Part shown: piece by piece, positions 7,690-11,993 of the stretch
Layout: every line of letters starts with the position of its first letter
Numbering within the stretch: position 1 is the stretch's first letter
Assembly: GCA_964525635.1 (NCBI GenBank)
Contig: CAZGJX010000099.1
Location: 3,100-15,092 of the forward strand
Direction of reading: 5' to 3'
DNA: 11,993 nt
DNA from: an uncultured archaeon
Lineage (GTDB): Archaea; Asgardarchaeota; Lokiarchaeia; Sigyniarchaeales; SOKP01
The notes under the pieces: model-generated
The model's database searches: none
The model's input: only the letters and a program-made list of their open reading frames with translations
What the model was told of the DNA's origin: nothing
Program-made: the position numbers and the translations under genes

Positions 7690-9750
7690 ATGGAAAATAT
7701 ACATTATAAAAAACATGAAATGGGAAATAAAGAAGATATAGAACATGATTTAGTAGATCATAAAGATCACTCTAAAAAATCGATGCATAATGATCACAAT
7801 GATCATAAAAATCATCATAAAATGATGTTAAATGATTTTAAAAGAAGATTTTTTGTTTCATTGGTTATAACATTTCCAATATTGGTTTTATCACCTTTAA
7901 TTCAATCTTTTTTTAAATATAATTTAGAATTTCCCGGTTCAATCTACATAATTTTTATTCTCTCCTCATTTGTATATATTTATGGAGGATTTCCTTTTAT
8001 TAAAGGGATGATCAAGGAATTTAAAGATAAAATACCTGGAATGATGACTTTAATTGCAATTGCTATATCTGTTGCTTATCTCTATAGTTCTATTGTAGTA
8101 TTTGGATTAGAGGGAGAAGTTTTTTTTTGGGAATTGGCAACATTGATTGATATTATGTTAGTAGGACATTGGATTGAAATGCGTTCAGTATTAGGGGCAT
8201 CAAGAGCACTTGAAGAATTAGTAAAAATTATGCCATCAGAAGCCCATTTAGTAAATAATAATGAAATACAAGATGTAAAAGTAGAAGAATTAACGGTTGG
8301 AGATAATGTTTTAGTAAAACCAGGTGAAAAAATCCCTATAGATGGTATTATCATTCAGGGTGATACAAATGTTAATCAAGCTCTGATCACAGGAGAATCT
8401 AAACCTGTTTCTAAAAAGATTCATGATGAAATTATAGGAGGTGCTATTAATGGAGAAGGGTCGATAGTTATAGAAGTAAAGAAAACAGGTAAAGATACAT
8501 ACTTAAACCAAGTTGTTGAATTAGTTAAAAATGCTCAACAAGCAAAATCGAAAACTCAAGATTTAGCAAATAAAGCAGCATTAATTTTAACCATTGTTGC
8601 TATCTCTGTTGGATTTTTAACATTTACTCTTTGGATTTTATCTAACCAAAATCTAACATTTGCTATAGAGCGAACTGCAACTGTTATGGTAATTACATGT
8701 CCACATGCTTTGGGTTTAGCAGTTCCTTTAGTAGTTGCTCGTTCAACAACATACGCAGCCACATCAGGATTATTAATAAGGGATAGAACTGCATTTGAAA
8801 CTGCCAGAAATATAGAGGCAATTGTATTTGATAAAACAGGAACACTTACTCAAGGTAATTTCGGAGTGATTGATATCATATCTTTTAATGGTATTGATGA
8901 AAATGATATTTTAAGCATTACAGCTTCTCTTGAAAATAAATCAGAACATCCTATCGCACTTGGTATAGTCAATAGTGCTAAAGCAAGAAAAGTTCAATTT
9001 GAATCTGTAGAAGAATTTAAAGCAATCCCAGGAAAAGGAATTAAAGGAAAAATTGGAGAAACCGATTATAAAGTTGTAAGTCCTGGATATTTAAGAGAGA
9101 TGGATAGATCTTTTAATAATAAAGTTATTGAAGAGAAAAAACAACAAGGTAAAACTATTGTTTTTTTATTAAAGAATGATAATCCTATTGGAGCACTAGC
9201 ATTAGCAGATATTATAAGGGAGGAATCAAAAGAAGCTATTAAGAGATTAAAATCATTAGGAATTAAATGTATTATGCTAACAGGAGATAATCAATTTGTT
9301 GCAAAATGGGTTGCAGATGAATTATTACTTGATGATTTTATTGCAGAAGTCTTACCCCACGAAAAAGCAGATAAGATAAAAAAAATTCAAGAAAAATATA
9401 AAACTGCAATGGTTGGCGATGGAATCAATGACGCACCTGCTTTGGCTCAAGCAGATGTTGGAATTGCAATCGGAGCTGGAACTGATGTTGCTATTGAAAC
9501 AGCTGATATTGTACTTGTTAGAAATGATCCACGTGATGTAGCTGATATATTACACCTTTCGAAAAATACCTATTCAAAAATGTTTCAAAATTTAATATGG
9601 GCTACAGGGTATAACGCATTTGCAATACCACTTGCTGCTGGAGTTCTCTTTAGTTTAGGAATCTTACTTTCCCCTGCTATTGGTGCAATACTAATGAGCT
9701 TAAGTACTGTTATTGTAGCGATTAACGCAAGATTATTAAAGAAATCTTAA
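7690..9750 (+). CDS. copB: Copper-translocating P1B-3 type ATPase
   Basis: His-rich N-terminus (10 His in the first 43 aa), TGES, CPH, DKTGT, SEHP, TGDN, GDGINDAP, GYN and MSLST motifs; complete. Confidence 0.95.
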   Translation: MENIHYKKHEMGNKEDIEHDLVDHKDHSKKSMHNDHNDHKNHHKMMLNDFKRRFFVSLVITFPILVLSPLIQSFFKYNLEFPGSIYIIFILSSFVYIYGGFPFIKGMIKEFKDKIPGMMTLIAIAISVAYLYSSIVVFGLEGEVFFWELATLIDIMLVGHWIEMRSVLGASRALEELVKIMPSEAHLVNNNEIQDVKVEELTVGDNVLVKPGEKIPIDGIIIQGDTNVNQALITGESKPVSKKIHDEIIGGAINGEGSIVIEVKKTGKDTYLNQVVELVKNAQQAKSKTQDLANKAALILTIVAISVGFLTFTLWILSNQNLTFAIERTATVMVITCPHALGLAVPLVVARSTTYAATSGLLIRDRTAFETARNIEAIVFDKTGTLTQGNFGVIDIISFNGIDENDILSITASLENKSEHPIALGIVNSAKARKVQFESVEEFKAIPGKGIKGKIGETDYKVVSPGYLREMDRSFNNKVIEEKKQQGKTIVFLLKNDNPIGALALADIIREESKEAIKRLKSLGIKCIMLTGDNQFVAKWVADELLLDDFIAEVLPHEKADKIKKIQEKYKTAMVGDGINDAPALAQADVGIAIGAGTDVAIETADIVLVRNDPRDVADILHLSKNTYSKMFQNLIWATGYNAFAIPLAAGVLFSLGILLSPAIGAILMSLSTVIVAINARLLKKS

Positions 9751-9799
9751 AACTTTTTTATTATTAAATAAATATATATTTTATAATAGTAATGCTTAG

Positions 9800-9821
9800 A
9801 TATATACTTAAATGTATATAC
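9800..9821. promoter_or_regulatory. Putative copper operator TATATAC-ttaaat-GTATATA (9801-9820)
   Basis: Perfect arms, identical to the 7508-7527 site; downstream of a TTTATAAT box (~9780) and upstream of the TRASH-copA operon. Confidence 0.7.
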
Positions 9822-9873
9822 CCTAAATATAAAATGCAATAAAAGTAAGTATAATATACAAAGAGAGAACGAA

Positions 9874-10086
9874 ATGAACGAGAAAAATTGTCCGATTTGT
9901 GGAAAAAGTATAAAATCAGATGCAGATATACATTTATTTTGCTCATTATGTGGAATGGGTATCCCAAATGAACTATCTCATCTGGTATATAAAAATATAA
10001 AGGGAAAATTATTGCATTTTTGTTGTAATCATTGTTTATCTATTTATAAAGAAGAGATAGATAAAAATATAACAATTAAAGATTGA
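9874..10086 (+). CDS. Small Cys-rich TRASH-domain protein, putative copper chaperone
   Basis: CPIC-x13-CSLCGM...HFCCNHC; lies immediately upstream of copA. Confidence 0.75.
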   Translation: MNEKNCPICGKSIKSDADIHLFCSLCGMGIPNELSHLVYKNIKGKLLHFCCNHCLSIYKEEIDKNITIKD

Positions 10087-10110
10087 AATAAAAATGAAGG
10101 TGTTTATTAA

Positions 10111-11961
10111 ATGAATGAGGTAATAGAAGAAAAAAGGAAATCTACTTTAAAAATTCAAGGAATGCATTGTGCTTCATGTGCTCAAAAAATCTCAAAGGAA
10201 CTAAATAAATTTGAAGGAATTAATAATGTTAATGTAAATATTGCGACTAATAAAGCATATTTTACATATAATCCACTTAGAGTTGATAAAAAGGATATCG
10301 TCGATGCTATAGAAAGGATTGGGTATGGAGCAACCCCAAATACTGATAAAATAATCATTAAAATTGGAGGTATGACTTGTGCATCTTGCGCACAAACCGT
10401 AGAAAAGGCTCTTAAGAATAGTTCAGGAATTATCAGTGCGAATGTCAATATTACTACAGAAAAAGCAACAATTGTATATGATACAGAATTTATGAATTAT
10501 GAGAGTATTGCTGATATAATTAATAAAACAGGATATAAAGCACTCAACAAAGTTGAATCATCATCTGGTAGGGTTTCATATGATAAAGAAATTGAAGAAG
10601 AAGAGCAAATATATAACTTGGCTAAGAAACGGTTAAAGATTGTATGGGCATTTAATATCCCTATAATTATTTGGATGTTATTTGAAATGATTGGAGGGAT
10701 AATTTGGCCTAATGAACTTATTTATAATTTAGGAATAATTGTATTAGCCATTTTTCCTCTACTCTGGGCAGGATATGAGACATATTTTACTGCATTCAAA
10801 GCAGTAAGGCACGGAAGTGTAAATATGGATGTTCTTATTGCTTTAGGAACGCTCTCAGCCTTTATAACAGGACCTTTATCATTTATTATTCCTGTTTTTA
10901 ATTATGCGGGTGTTGGAGCAATGATAATGGCATTTCATCTCACAGGAAGATATATTGAGACAAAAGCAAAAGGAAGGGCTTCTCAAGCAATCCGAAAACT
11001 TTTGGAATTAGGTGCTAAAACTGCGACTATTATTATTGATGGGAAAGAAAAAGAAATACCTATTGAAGATCTACAAATAAATGATATCATGCTAATCCGT
11101 CCAGGAGCTAAAATTCCAACAGATGGAATTATAATTGAAGGAAAAAGCTATATAGATGAATCAATGGCTTCAGGTGAATCATTACCAGTAAAAAAGAATA
11201 TTGGTGATGAAGTAATTGGTGCAACGATTAACCAAAAAGGTTTATTGAAAGTAAAGGCTACAAAGATTGGTGAAGATACCTTTTTAGCTCAAGTGATTCA
11301 TTTAGTTGAGGAATGTCAAGGTTCTAAAGTTCCAATACAAAAATTTGCTGATAAAATTACTAGTTATTTTGTTCCAACAGTATTGGTGATATCGCTCATT
11401 GGATTGATATTATGGATGTTTATTCCCCAAACTATGATTGACTTAATTTCACCTATTGCACCATTTATTCCATGGGTGAATTTAAATACAGGGCTCATTA
11501 CATTAGCGATTTCAGCATTTATCTCGACATTAGTAATCGCATGTCCTTGCGCCCTTGGGTTAGCAACCCCAACAGCATTAATGGTTGGAAGCGGTTTAGG
11601 AGCTGAAAATGGTATACTAATTAGACGGGGTGAAGCAATTCAAACACTTCGAAACATAGACGTAATAATATTTGATAAAACTGGAACTATTACTAAAGGA
11701 TCTCCTGAAATAACTAATATTCATGCTATTAACGGATTTACTGAAGAGGAAATTGTTCAATATGCTGGAAGTGTTGAAAAAGGTTCAGAACATCCACTTG
11801 CAGATGCAATTGTTAGAAAATCAAAAGAATTAAATCTTGAACTTTATGATATAACTAATTTTAAAACAATTACTGGAAAAGGAGTAAAAGCTAATATAGT
11901 TAATAAATATGGAACTATATTGGTTGGAAGCAAAAAACTCTTAGTGTCCTATAATTATTAA
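10111..11961 (+). pseudogene. copA: CopA P1B-1 Cu(I) ATPase, truncated within the nucleotide-binding domain
   Basis: Two HMA domains (GMHCASC, GMTCASC), SGES, CPC, DKTGT and SEHPL are present. It stops after VGSKKLL and lacks TGDN, GDGxND and the last two TM helices. SD-like AAGGTG upstream. Confidence 0.8.
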
Positions 11962-11993
11962 GCTTCACCTCCTCTCTTCGAATAAATCTTATA
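11942..11993. mobile_element. Possible IS end or foreign junction interrupting copA
   Basis: All three + frames close within 20 bp and strand composition flips. A minus-strand frame ends YKIYSKRGGEA* just before ...TATAGGACACTA. Only 52 bp are visible. Confidence 0.35.

Noticed and set aside
10084-10113. TGA readthrough or selenocysteine fusing the TRASH protein to CopA (same frame)
   Set aside because: An in-frame TAA at 10108-10110 blocks fusion, and copA has its own SD-like AAGGTG.
5958-10448. Antisense ORFs 5958-6212, 8082-8354, 8556-8762, 9764-9967, 10182-10448 and 10201-10395
   Set aside because: They lie opposite well-supported genes or promoters and show no motifs.
11965-11973. TCACCTCCT resembling the 16S rRNA 3' end, or a perfect SD on the minus strand
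   Set aside because: No flanking rRNA sequence and no ATG/GTG/TTG start codon at suitable spacing; it reads as Gly-Gly-Glu codons.

Overview
AT-rich window, probably archaeal and plausibly Asgard/Lokiarchaeia-type; this placement is inferred from protein content, N-glycosylation sequons, TATA-like promoters and oligo-T terminators. The left part (1-2870) is the 3' portion of a large repetitive surface protein: about four 83-aa Ig-like repeats, a PKD-like domain and 17+ DUF285/BspA-type 25-aa repeats. The rest is a metal-homeostasis island. It carries a DUF6448-like protein, a hemerythrin-like (HHE) protein and an FTR1 iron permease with a perfect DtxR-type palindrome in its promoter. It then carries a copper module: a PadR-like wHTH regulator with a C-terminal TRASH Cys domain, a small His/Met-tipped membrane protein, CopB (CPH, His-rich), a Cys-rich TRASH chaperone and CopA (2xHMA, CPC), which is cut off abruptly near the window end. 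The best candidate for an undescribed system is the PadR-TRASH copper regulon: a dyad TATATAC-N6-GTATATA recurs in all three promoter regions of the copper module (6544, 7508/7522, 9801).
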